Positions 16,010-24,910 of a DNA stretch of 33,154 nt are shown here, one piece after another. Position 1 is the first letter of the stretch. Every line of letters begins with the position of its first letter. Under the pieces are notes generated by a model that saw nothing but the letters and a program-made list of their open reading frames with translations, was not told where the DNA came from and did no database searches. A program made the position numbers and the translations under genes. Source of the stretch: a virus. Lineage: Duplodnaviria; Caudoviricetes. The stretch spans positions 1 to 33,154 of the IMG/VR virus record IMGVR_UViG_3300046718_000614. The stretch is one strand, 5' to 3'.

Positions 16010-16420
16010 CTAAAATGTCCACTTGTGTCCAAACAAAACGCTTTGGCGGTCTCTGTGGATAACCATATTATTCGGCAATATCAAAGAGTTGGGTTGTAGA
16101 ATTTGTCTTGCAAGACACTTCCTACAATCGTCCTAATTTAGGACGCCACGTATTGCGTTTTTTGGCACGTAACCTCTTGATGTATATTGCAAATCCATTG
16201 TCGGTTTACTCCCAACAAATGCGCCATTCCCGCTCCGGTTTTTGTCGTGTCGTGTCGAGTGCAAATTCGCACTTTATTGATATTCCATAATTAAAGACAA
16301 TTTTGTCTTGCGATGTTCTCATTTTTGGGTGTCGCATAAATGGCGCGCCGATGGTGAACGGGGGCAAAACGGGGGCAGAACAGCGGCGTATTCGGGGCGG
16401 CTAAAACGGGTTTTGTCCAG
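16010..16420. other. Non-coding attP-like or regulatory region
   Basis: IHF consensus TATCAAAGAGTTG (16079-16091) and two near matches; three palindromes; TGTCCA direct repeats; AT-richer than its flanks. Confidence 0.45.
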
Positions 16421-16458
16421 TGGTGTAATATGCGACACTAGCCGACAGGAGGTGACCG

Positions 16459-16641
16459 ATGCCATCCAAAAAGACCGTCAAAGACCCCTACCCCGGCGCA
16501 TTTGACACAAAGCCGCGGCCCCAAAACATCACACGGGCCCTGCCGCGGGATGCGACCCGTATTCGTAATACGGGCTCGCCGGTCGGGCCGGAGCACCCGC
16601 GCACGGTGCCCAAGGGCACCGGTACGAAGTCGCCGTTATGA
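16459..16641 (+). CDS. Small basic hypothetical protein (60 aa)
   Basis: AGGAGGT upstream of the ATG; ATGA-coupled to the next ORF. Confidence 0.65.
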   Translation: MPSKKTVKDPYPGAFDTKPRPQNITRALPRDATRIRNTGSPVGPEHPRTVPKGTGTKSPL

Positions 16642-16910
16642 GTGCGGAGAAAGCCACTGTGCGGCTGGCGGCAAGCCGCGCTCATCGCGCCCGTGTTCAG
16701 GCCGAGGCGGCGATGGCAGACTTCAATACCGCGCTCGACGCGCTCGATGCGGCCATCGCCGCGATGGGCGATTACAAGGTCGAGCAAATCATGCCGATCG
16801 CTTATGACAGCCTGGGACGTCCGGTCTATTCAAAGCCGACGAGCAAGGAACTGCCCGACACCCCGCAAAGCGGGGACAGCGAAATCGTCGGCTATCCCCA
16901 AGAGCCCTGA
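16638..16910 (+). CDS. Hypothetical protein (90 aa)
   Basis: Coupled start; Ala-rich helix; 3' end overlaps the convergent giant gene by 81 bp. Confidence 0.6.
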   Translation: MSAEKATVRLAASRAHRARVQAEAAMADFNTALDALDAAIAAMGDYKVEQIMPIAYDSLGRPVYSKPTSKELPDTPQSGDSEIVGYPQEP

Positions 16911-19900
16911 CGCCAGCGAGCCGGCGCCGGCCTCGCTGCCCTGTTTTTGTTTTGGCTGCGGGTGGTAATAGCGCTGTTGTTGCTGCTCGCGGGTCAGAGG
17001 CTTGCTGCTTTCGCCCTTTGCCCCGGCGATAGACCGGGCAAACAGGTCCGACGCGGTCATCGACGTCCCATATTGTCCTAAGAGGGACAGGAGGTAGGAC
17101 GCACGAGGACCACCCGGCAGCGCAGCCGCCACGGTGGCGCTAACCGGCATGCCGATTAGCGTCCAGAGGCCGCGCAGCATGCGGTATTCCGACGTATTGG
17201 TCTCGGCGCTGCCCCCGCCGGTGGCCCAACCGACGATGTCCTGTAAGCTCTCGGCAAAGACATTGGCCTGGGCGCCTAGCGCCAGCGACGAGATTTCGTG
17301 TTCGTACCTGACGTGGGAGATCGCGTTAATCAGCGGGTCGGCGACACCACCAAGACCGATGCGCGAGAACGCCAGCGCCATGATGTTCTCGATGTAGCTG
17401 CCATCCTCCAGCCACTGGTTGGTGCGGTCGGTATCGAACAGCAGCTGCCGCAGCATCGTCGTCGGCAGCTGGATCATCATCATCCCGGCGAGCGAGGTGG
17501 CGGCATAGCCGGCCCACTTCGCCGTCCCGCTCAGCGTGCCCTGGACCTTGCCAAGCCGACCGCGCTCATAGGCCATTGTGGTAAACCAGCGATTAAAGAA
17601 CGGATTGAGCACGGCCCGCTGAAAGCCAAAGTTGTACGATTGCAACCCGTAGATCCATCGCCCTAGCGCGGAGTTTGCACCGCGCGCCTTCTCGGAGGCG
17701 ATCGGCTCGATCACCGTCTTCTCGACAAAGCGCTGAACCGCCTCGGCCCAACGCTGCCCCATCGGCGTCTGCGTCATCTCGTCGAGCGAAGGCATCTCGT
17801 CCCGGCTGGTGACCCACTTGGCAAACTCGGCGTGCTCGCTGTTCGGGATGCCCAGCTCGCGCAATTCGCCGTGCGGGTCGAACAGCGACCCCCGCCGCTG
17901 GTTGATGATCTGCTTGCCCCAGATCTTGAGGGCGGCATCCGCGCTGGCGATGGCGCCGACCTTGTTGGCGTTGGTGACGTAGGTGAGACCCGATCGCCGG
18001 TAGGCGTTCGACATCAGCCGGCCGGGGGAGCCTAGCAAGCCGGCAGTTCGCCCGGTGAGCATTGCCTCGCTAAGCCGGGTCGACGTTACCCCCAGGACGT
18101 TGGCGATATCGCGCAGATGCTCGATCCGCTCGTTGGGCTTTAGCAGGTTGAGGTCGGCCAGCAACGCGCGGGTCGACGTCGTAAAACCATGAAAACCAGC
18201 CTTGAACGAGCCGGTCTGCATCGTTGCCACCATCGGCTCGGCGACTGTCGACCAGGCGGCGCGGCCCATCAACCCGATCGTATAGAGGCCGCGCGCCCAG
18301 GTGGCGAATTGATGGCCGGTCGACACCTCGTTCGAGGTGAGGATGCCGATCGAGCTTTCGATCGACCGCTTGATCTCGACACGATCCTCACGCGGCACCC
18401 CCGCCGCCATCAGGTCGTTCATCACCTTGTCGAGAACTTCGCCTTTGGCGCCAAAGGTTTGGTTAAAGGCGATCTTGCGTGATAGCTGGTGGAAATAGTA
18501 GGGCAGCAATTCGCTAGGGCGAGTGAGAATGTAACCATTCTCGGCCATGATATCCCTTGCTTCGGCCGACAGGACGCGGTTCTTGAGAGGGTTGGCGCTG
18601 GGCAGCGTCCCGCCGGCGTTCTTGTAGCCCCACGGGACGTCATTTAGCGCGTAGACCCAATCATCGGCACGTTGCTTGGCCCAGGCATCCCGGATGGGAT
18701 CGTGAAGTTGCGCAAGCAGCTGCTGTTGCTGCCGATCGAGATCCGCCAGCTTTTGCGGATCTGTCTCGTTGCGCATCTGCTCCTGGACCTGACCGAGCTT
18801 GGTCATCCCGTCATTGATCGATTGGGGCAGGTTCTTGCGGTTGAGGTCACCGTAGGCTTCGTGGATAAAGGCGCCGTTCTGCTGGCGCTGCTTGACCTCG
18901 AAATCGACCGCCATCGCATTGCTGATTGTGGCGTGCGCCTTTTGCCCGTCAGCCGTGATCTTGTCGTGGTCAAAGGCGATCGGGACGTAGCCCTCATCTC
19001 GCGGCATTCCCACCGGGATGCCACCGCGCTCGACCTGATACCAAAAATCGTTGAGCAGAGCGCGGACCTCGCCGGCGGCACGCTGCACGTTGGCGGGGAT
19101 CGGCCCGGCGCCGGTGTCGCGTCCCCGCAGCGCGTCCCATAGCTGCCGGTCGGTCTGCGCGCTGATCCGCGCGGTGTCGATCCCGTTATTGCGGAGGATC
19201 GCGTCAAGCTTGTTGACGTGGCTCTGGGCCAGCCGATTGGCCAGCCGCTCAAAAGGGGTCGCCTGGAGCCTGCCCTCGGCGTAGCGATAGCCCAGCTTGT
19301 CCATGACATTGCCGATAACCCGGGCCGCAGCGTGGTTGCCCAGGTTTTCGTAGCGCTCGTGATAGACCCCCAGCTGACCCATGTTCGAGTAGGCATAAGG
19401 GGTGGCGACGTCCTTGAGGGTCAGCGCCCCGCGCAGGATGCCCTGCCTGGACCATCGCGGCACCTTCTCTGCACCCATCCGCGCGGCGGTGGTTTCCAGC
19501 CCTGCCAGCATCCGCTGCCGCCACGACGTGTAAGCGACGATCGGCTTCTTCAGCCCTGCGGCCAGCGCCGGGTTAGCCTGCGGCTCGGCCAGGTTGCGCC
19601 AGTGGATGGGGTCGAGGATGTCGTGATCGCTGGGGACGCTGGCCCGGGGATCGTGCCCCAGGATCTGGTTGCGTTGCAGGACCTGATGAAAGTCTTGCAT
19701 CGCCTTAAAGATCGCGTCCCGGTCGGGGCCGTGCGGGTAGAGATCGTTAAACCGCTGGGTCGCCTGGTCGAGATAGGCCCGGTCGCCTTTGGTGATAAAC
19801 TCGTTGCCGGCGCCCAGCACGTCGACCAGATGCGCAACAAACGCCTCGCCCGCCCGGGCCAGCAATTCCTCGGGCCGCGCGTGGTAACGCGACTGCGCCC

Positions 19901-22900
19901 CCATACGAAATGCGGTTGGGCCAATCGTCTGATGCGTCCTGGCGCCAGCGACAATGCGCCCAGCCTCGGCCGCGGCCGCTTGCCCCGCCTTGCCACCCTG
20001 CGCGGCTTTGGCGTTGAGATCGGCAACCCGGGCGGCTTCCAGCGCGTGGTCGTGAAAGATTGCGTTCATCACCCGGGCAAAGCCTTCCTCGGGGCTGCCC
20101 GGTCGGACATGGGTCTCCAACGCGCCCGCGCGAGTGCGGCTGCTCAGCAGCGAGCCGCGCCCAACCGGGTGATTGGCTAGCTTGTCGATCAGCGCGTGAT
20201 CGAGCGCGTGGGTCCATTCATGGGCAAACGAGTTCGACCGATCCGGCATGTGGATCGATTTGGTATTGGGATCGTAGAGGCCGAGATAGGTATCTTTTCT
20301 GACGGACTTCAGGGGCTCAAGCCGCAGCGTGATTGTGCCATCAAGGCTCATCGCCTTCTCGGAATAGCCCAGCGCATGGGCCATCCACTGAAGGTTATGA
20401 TGCGCATCCAGGAGGGTATCGATCACCTTTTGCGGCTGCGCCTTGGGATCGACGACGACGTCCTTGAACCCGTAGATACGCTTCAAGCCGGCGCTGAGAA
20501 CATCGATCTGATCCTGCACCGGCTTGTTGACCATGACGTCGGGGTCGTAGCCCAGATCCCGGAACGCCCGACGGTAGAGCGAGGGTCGGTCGGTGATGTC
20601 GGGCGGTACGATGTTCGGCTGCCGGCGCATGTTCATTGCCGCGCGACCACGGCCGGCCTGTTGGAAGCGATCCGCAAGCGGCTGACCGCCGGGCGCGACA
20701 TTCACGCCCTTGGCTTGTGCTGCTAGTTCAGGCGGTAAGGAAAACTCGGCGCCGGGAGCCGCGCCAGCCTTGTTCTCGTGTTGCGCCAGTTCGGTGGTTG
20801 GGACGTCGACATAAGAAATATCGTGCCCGTAAGCTTCGCGAAATGGCAGGGCGATACCCGGCAAATCGTTGGTGAACTGCCGGGCAGTGCCGATCTCTCC
20901 TGGTCGATTGCCGCGCCATAACCGCGTGTAGCCATCCGCTACAGGCGGCAGCGCAGCCTGGATGGCGGCTGCGTCCTGGCGAAATCGCACGATCGGTGCC
21001 TCGCCTTTAACCGGCTCGTTGCTGATCGTCGGTCCCCGCGCGCCCGCGGTGTCTTGCTCTTCAAGCATCTCCTGGTGAGCGCCGGCAATGTGTTTGTCGG
21101 TGAGGTTATCGTCGATCGCCTTTCGCCAGATTTCCCGGAGTGCTCCGACCTGGTCAGCAGGGGCAGTGCCCTCCCCTACTGCATTGTCGATCGCTTGCCG
21201 ATAGGCCGGGTCATTTCGTGCGGCCCAATGGTGGGCGAGAAATTTTGCTATATCGTCGGTGCTGTAACCAAAATGCAGTCCTTGGTCGATGCTACGCCCT
21301 GGGTCATCAGATCGAAGCGCGGACGTGGGGATATTCCGCTCGATCCTGCTAAACCCGGGGTCTTCGCTCGGAGCCATTCGCCCGCGGTGAACCGCCGCAG
21401 TGAAGTTTGCCAGTGACAGGTTCTCAGGGCTGTCAGGATGCGGCTGGCCCTGCGCGTTCTGCTCTTCTGCCTTCCGTATGCCTTGCGCCTCTTCAAAACT
21501 CACAACCGAGCCATCAGCGCGAACAAACAGATTGCGGTCGGCTTTACTGCTGCCGGGGTCGACGCCACCGTTTTCACGAAGTGCTTGGTCGTAGGCTTCG
21601 CCGTGGGTCGCACCGGTATAAATCTTTCCGCCTACCCGCACAGCTGACGTTAACGTCTCCGGCGGTTGGCCCTGCGTTTTGTTCTGTGCATCCTGCTCTT
21701 CAAGCGTCAGGTGATCGGGCAACCGCTCGTTCGCCGGTGGGTGCCCTTGGGCGATGGCGTAAACAAACCCCGTGTTCGGGTCGCGCACCGCGACAAGCGG
21801 GTTCTCGCCCGGCCGCGCCATCAGATAGGTGTCGTGGTTGAGGTCCCCGTACTGCCCCAGAACAGCGTAGCGTTCCTCGGGGATCTCGACCGCGTGGCCC
21901 TCGGCGTCGTGCCCAACGACCATGACCTGGCCGGTTAGGGCATTGCCGTTTTGGTCTTTTACGGGGTCCCCATTCTCGTCCTTGGGGGCTTCGCCTTCGT
22001 AGGCCCCGGTCCAGGTGATGCCCTGCGTGGCGTCGACATGGGTCGACGTGACCAGGTCGTCGATCGCCTTGGTAGCTTTGAGATCGGTGTTGGTCTGCAC
22101 CGGCTGGGTCTGCTCGGCATCCTTGAAATGCTGGTCGACGGTCGGATTGTGCCCCTCGTTGACCAGGACGCCGGAATGGCCGATCCAGCTATTGCCCAGG
22201 CTGTCGGTCGCCCGTACCAGGGTCTGACCTTGATCGGTGTTGGGAACCGTGGTGATACCTTGCTTGACCAACGCGTTATCGGGTGCGGGCGCTGGCGTCT
22301 CCGGTGCCTCGCGTTGCTGCTTGGTAGCGTCGAGCCACCGTCTGACGATCTCCTCCCGCCGGTTGACCGCGGCCTGGTGCACCCCCGCGCCGACAGCGTG
22401 AGGAAGACCGGCCGCTGCGCCAAAGAGTGCCGACGCGGCGATATCCTTGGGATCGCCCACCCCGGCCGTCAACGACTGATCGGGATTTAGCTGCGCCTTG
22501 TCGATGATGTTGTTGACGAGTTGCTGGGCTTGTTGGGCCGACGCCATAAAGAGGCCGTCCTGCCCCATGCGTGTCACCGCGGCGAGAAAGACGCGCTTCT
22601 CGACCCCCGACAGCGTGTTGAGCCAATGGGCCATCGGAAACGCCATGATCCCGGCCCCGGCGACCGATTTGAGGGCGGCGTCGACCGCAGCATCCTCGGG
22701 GGCATAGCCGGCCTTGAGGTTTTCCTGGTAGCTCTGGGAATAGGTTTGCATCCCGGCCACGCCCACCAGCGCCGGCAGGCCGCCCAGCGCGCCGGCAACG
22801 ACATAGACCGGGGCAGAGCCAAAGGCGGCGCCGATCTTTGTCGACAGCGCGTCCTCGTAGCCCGCCGGCGGGGTGATCTTCTCGCCCTGCCGGGTGACCC

Positions 22901-24743
22901 AGTCGCCCGGCGCAGCGAGCGTCTGGCCGATCGTCTGAAAGGTCTTGTAGTAGGGTTCCTCCTGGATTGGTGGCGCGTTGGCGATCTGCCCTTCGACCTG
23001 TTGGCGGATCTGCGTGCGCTGTTCCGGGGTCGCGTCCCGATACATCCCGGCAAAGCTTTGCTGAACCATATCGGTGGCCGGGATCGGCGGCGTCTCGCCG
23101 CGATCGATCCGGTCCATGATGTCGACTTGGTTGCTGGCCCGCTGCCGAGCCTGGGATGCGACCGTCGCGCTGCCGCCCTGAACGATGTTCCCGGGACCGG
23201 CAGCCAGTTGCCCAATCCCCGTCACGAAGCTTCGTCCAAGGCCGGCGCCCAGCGCGGCGCCTTGATCCGGCATGATCCCTTGTGCCTGTTCCTCCTCCGA
23301 CAGCGCTGGTTGCGCCACCGCTGGTTGTTCCGCTCCCGGCGCTGCCGTCCCCATCGACGCCTCGGACCCAAGCTCCGCGGGAACCGGGTAAGGTGGTTGC
23401 GGCTGCGCTGGTGGCGCAGCCGGCTGCACCGCTCCCGGTGCCGCCGTCCCCATCGATGCCTCGGACCCGAGCTCGGCAGGAGCCGGGTAAACGACGGACA
23501 CCTCTGGTAGCACCAGCTGCGGTGCCGGTTGCACCGCCCCCGGTGCGGCCGTCCCCATCGACGCCTCGGACCCAAGCTCGGCAGGAACCGGCAATGCCGG
23601 TGGCGGGACGACTTCCGGCTGCGGTGCAGCCGCGGGCTGCACTGCACCCGGTGCTGCCGTCCCAGCCGACGCCTCAGACCCGAGCTCTTGACCAGTCGGT
23701 AAGGCTGGCAGCAACGACGCGAACGATGACACCGATGGCACTTCCGGCTCGCCATAGAGCTCGGGTCGGTAGACCGGGGTTGCCCGGGACACGCTGGGCT
23801 GCGGGGCAGCCGGGGCGGTTTGCGTTTCCCAAGGCGGCGACGTGGGCCATTGCGGCGCCGCCGGCGACGCGGCCTCGGTTGGTTTCTCCCAAGGCGGGGA
23901 CGTGGGCCACTGCGGCGTCGCGTCCTGGGACGTAGCGGGCGGGGCTGGCGACGGTGCTTGCTGCTGCTGCTGCCAAGGTGGGGTGGCCGGCCATTGCGGC
24001 TGCGCTGCCGCCGGTGCCGGTGCCGGCGTTGCGTCTGAGGACGCGGGCACGTCGGCCGGGGGCGCCGCCGGCTGGGCTGACGGCGGTTGTTGCTGGTCTG
24101 GTTGCTGCGTCTCCCACGGCTTGGTAGTGGGCCATTGCGGCGCTTGCTGCTCCGGCTGCTCAGGTGTCGCAGGCGCGGTTGGAGCCGCTACCGACGGGGT
24201 GGTGGCGAATTTTTGTTTGGCCGCGGCTGCTTCGCGATAGACCTCTTGGGGGTCGCCAAACCCGGGCGAAGCCCTGGCACCCCCAAGATCATAGTGCATG
24301 ATATCGCGCTGGCCGCTGCCCTTCTCCGTTTCAAAGTAATTGCCCCAGCCGAATTGCTGGGCTTTTTGCGGGTTGATGTACTGAAGATTGAGCAGCCCTT
24401 GCACCGCGGCATTACGATAAAGACGAGTGACGTCAGGGCCGCGGTTGGATATGTCGTTGCCGTTGTTATCGTAGATATGCCAATCCTCGGCATGGCCGGT
24501 AGCGTGCTGCGAAGAGGGATCACCACTGCGCACGCCCGATGTCATCACGGCGCGAAAGCCGGGCGGCAGGACCGTGGCAAAGGCCGACGCCATTGCCCGG
24601 TGCAGATCGGGGTCGACCCCCGAGAGGACGCCGGGGCCGGCACTGCCGCCACCGCGTCCTGGCACTAAGGGTGTCGGCGGCCCTGTCGCTCGCCCCGCGG
24701 TGCCTGTCCCAGCGCCCCAGGTAAAGTCGTCGAGCGGCATCAC
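16830..24743 (-). CDS. Large internal virion / DNA-ejection polyvalent protein (2637 aa)
   Basis: Last gene of the virion operon; N-terminal M15-type motif TSGVR..SQHATGHAED..MHYD; repeat linker; FAHEWTHALDH; LPD1-like RPEELLARAGEAFV; helical C-terminus. Confidence 0.82.
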   Translation of the reverse strand: MMPLDDFTWGAGTGTAGRATGPPTPLVPGRGGGSAGPGVLSGVDPDLHRAMASAFATVLPPGFRAVMTSGVRSGDPSSQHATGHAEDWHIYDNNGNDISNRGPDVTRLYRNAAVQGLLNLQYINPQKAQQFGWGNYFETEKGSGQRDIMHYDLGGARASPGFGDPQEVYREAAAAKQKFATTPSVAAPTAPATPEQPEQQAPQWPTTKPWETQQPDQQQPPSAQPAAPPADVPASSDATPAPAPAAAQPQWPATPPWQQQQQAPSPAPPATSQDATPQWPTSPPWEKPTEAASPAAPQWPTSPPWETQTAPAAPQPSVSRATPVYRPELYGEPEVPSVSSFASLLPALPTGQELGSEASAGTAAPGAVQPAAAPQPEVVPPPALPVPAELGSEASMGTAAPGAVQPAPQLVLPEVSVVYPAPAELGSEASMGTAAPGAVQPAAPPAQPQPPYPVPAELGSEASMGTAAPGAEQPAVAQPALSEEEQAQGIMPDQGAALGAGLGRSFVTGIGQLAAGPGNIVQGGSATVASQARQRASNQVDIMDRIDRGETPPIPATDMVQQSFAGMYRDATPEQRTQIRQQVEGQIANAPPIQEEPYYKTFQTIGQTLAAPGDWVTRQGEKITPPAGYEDALSTKIGAAFGSAPVYVVAGALGGLPALVGVAGMQTYSQSYQENLKAGYAPEDAAVDAALKSVAGAGIMAFPMAHWLNTLSGVEKRVFLAAVTRMGQDGLFMASAQQAQQLVNNIIDKAQLNPDQSLTAGVGDPKDIAASALFGAAAGLPHAVGAGVHQAAVNRREEIVRRWLDATKQQREAPETPAPAPDNALVKQGITTVPNTDQGQTLVRATDSLGNSWIGHSGVLVNEGHNPTVDQHFKDAEQTQPVQTNTDLKATKAIDDLVTSTHVDATQGITWTGAYEGEAPKDENGDPVKDQNGNALTGQVMVVGHDAEGHAVEIPEERYAVLGQYGDLNHDTYLMARPGENPLVAVRDPNTGFVYAIAQGHPPANERLPDHLTLEEQDAQNKTQGQPPETLTSAVRVGGKIYTGATHGEAYDQALRENGGVDPGSSKADRNLFVRADGSVVSFEEAQGIRKAEEQNAQGQPHPDSPENLSLANFTAAVHRGRMAPSEDPGFSRIERNIPTSALRSDDPGRSIDQGLHFGYSTDDIAKFLAHHWAARNDPAYRQAIDNAVGEGTAPADQVGALREIWRKAIDDNLTDKHIAGAHQEMLEEQDTAGARGPTISNEPVKGEAPIVRFRQDAAAIQAALPPVADGYTRLWRGNRPGEIGTARQFTNDLPGIALPFREAYGHDISYVDVPTTELAQHENKAGAAPGAEFSLPPELAAQAKGVNVAPGGQPLADRFQQAGRGRAAMNMRRQPNIVPPDITDRPSLYRRAFRDLGYDPDVMVNKPVQDQIDVLSAGLKRIYGFKDVVVDPKAQPQKVIDTLLDAHHNLQWMAHALGYSEKAMSLDGTITLRLEPLKSVRKDTYLGLYDPNTKSIHMPDRSNSFAHEWTHALDHALIDKLANHPVGRGSLLSSRTRAGALETHVRPGSPEEGFARVMNAIFHDHALEAARVADLNAKAAQGGKAGQAAAAEAGRIVAGARTHQTIGPTAFRMGAQSRYHARPEELLARAGEAFVAHLVDVLGAGNEFITKGDRAYLDQATQRFNDLYPHGPDRDAIFKAMQDFHQVLQRNQILGHDPRASVPSDHDILDPIHWRNLAEPQANPALAAGLKKPIVAYTSWRQRMLAGLETTAARMGAEKVPRWSRQGILRGALTLKDVATPYAYSNMGQLGVYHERYENLGNHAAARVIGNVMDKLGYRYAEGRLQATPFERLANRLAQSHVNKLDAILRNNGIDTARISAQTDRQLWDALRGRDTGAGPIPANVQRAAGEVRALLNDFWYQVERGGIPVGMPRDEGYVPIAFDHDKITADGQKAHATISNAMAVDFEVKQRQQNGAFIHEAYGDLNRKNLPQSINDGMTKLGQVQEQMRNETDPQKLADLDRQQQQLLAQLHDPIRDAWAKQRADDWVYALNDVPWGYKNAGGTLPSANPLKNRVLSAEARDIMAENGYILTRPSELLPYYFHQLSRKIAFNQTFGAKGEVLDKVMNDLMAAGVPREDRVEIKRSIESSIGILTSNEVSTGHQFATWARGLYTIGLMGRAAWSTVAEPMVATMQTGSFKAGFHGFTTSTRALLADLNLLKPNERIEHLRDIANVLGVTSTRLSEAMLTGRTAGLLGSPGRLMSNAYRRSGLTYVTNANKVGAIASADAALKIWGKQIINQRRGSLFDPHGELRELGIPNSEHAEFAKWVTSRDEMPSLDEMTQTPMGQRWAEAVQRFVEKTVIEPIASEKARGANSALGRWIYGLQSYNFGFQRAVLNPFFNRWFTTMAYERGRLGKVQGTLSGTAKWAGYAATSLAGMMMIQLPTTMLRQLLFDTDRTNQWLEDGSYIENIMALAFSRIGLGGVADPLINAISHVRYEHEISSLALGAQANVFAESLQDIVGWATGGGSAETNTSEYRMLRGLWTLIGMPVSATVAAALPGGPRASYLLSLLGQYGTSMTASDLFARSIAGAKGESSKPLTREQQQQRYYHPQPKQKQGSEAGAGSLASGLLGIADDFAVPALRGVGQFLARRL
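23320..24140 (-). repeat. Intragenic repeats: 4x QWPxxxPW and 4x ELGSEASxGTAAPGAxQP
   Basis: Seen in the translation and as DNA repeats such as CCCCATCGAYGCCTCGGACCC. Confidence 0.9.
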
Positions 24744-24910
24744 CTACCCATGCGGGGAGGACGCGGCAGCGGTTTCTTCGCGGCCGGGCGCGGCACGCGC
24801 TTGCTGCGTATGATCGGCTCGGCAGGAAGACGCGGTGCGACCGGCAAACCCGGTGGTGGCGCCACGCCACCAAGGGCGGCGCCGGGGACGGTGATCCTGG
24901 GTGTTTTCAT
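24740..24910 (-). CDS. Small Pro/Arg-rich basic protein (56 aa)
   Basis: MKTPRITVPG...PRPPRMGR; start overlaps the upstream stop and stop overlaps the downstream start. Confidence 0.6.
   Translation of the reverse strand: MKTPRITVPGAALGGVAPPPGLPVAPRLPAEPIIRSKRVPRPAAKKPLPRPPRMGR

Noticed and set aside
16170-16198. dif site (central TGTATA)
   Set aside because: The flanks do not match XerC or XerD arms (no TTATGTTAAAT-like arm)
16341-16362. tRNA 3'-end att core (TGGCGCGCC)
   Set aside because: No T-loop sequence at the expected distance on the reverse strand
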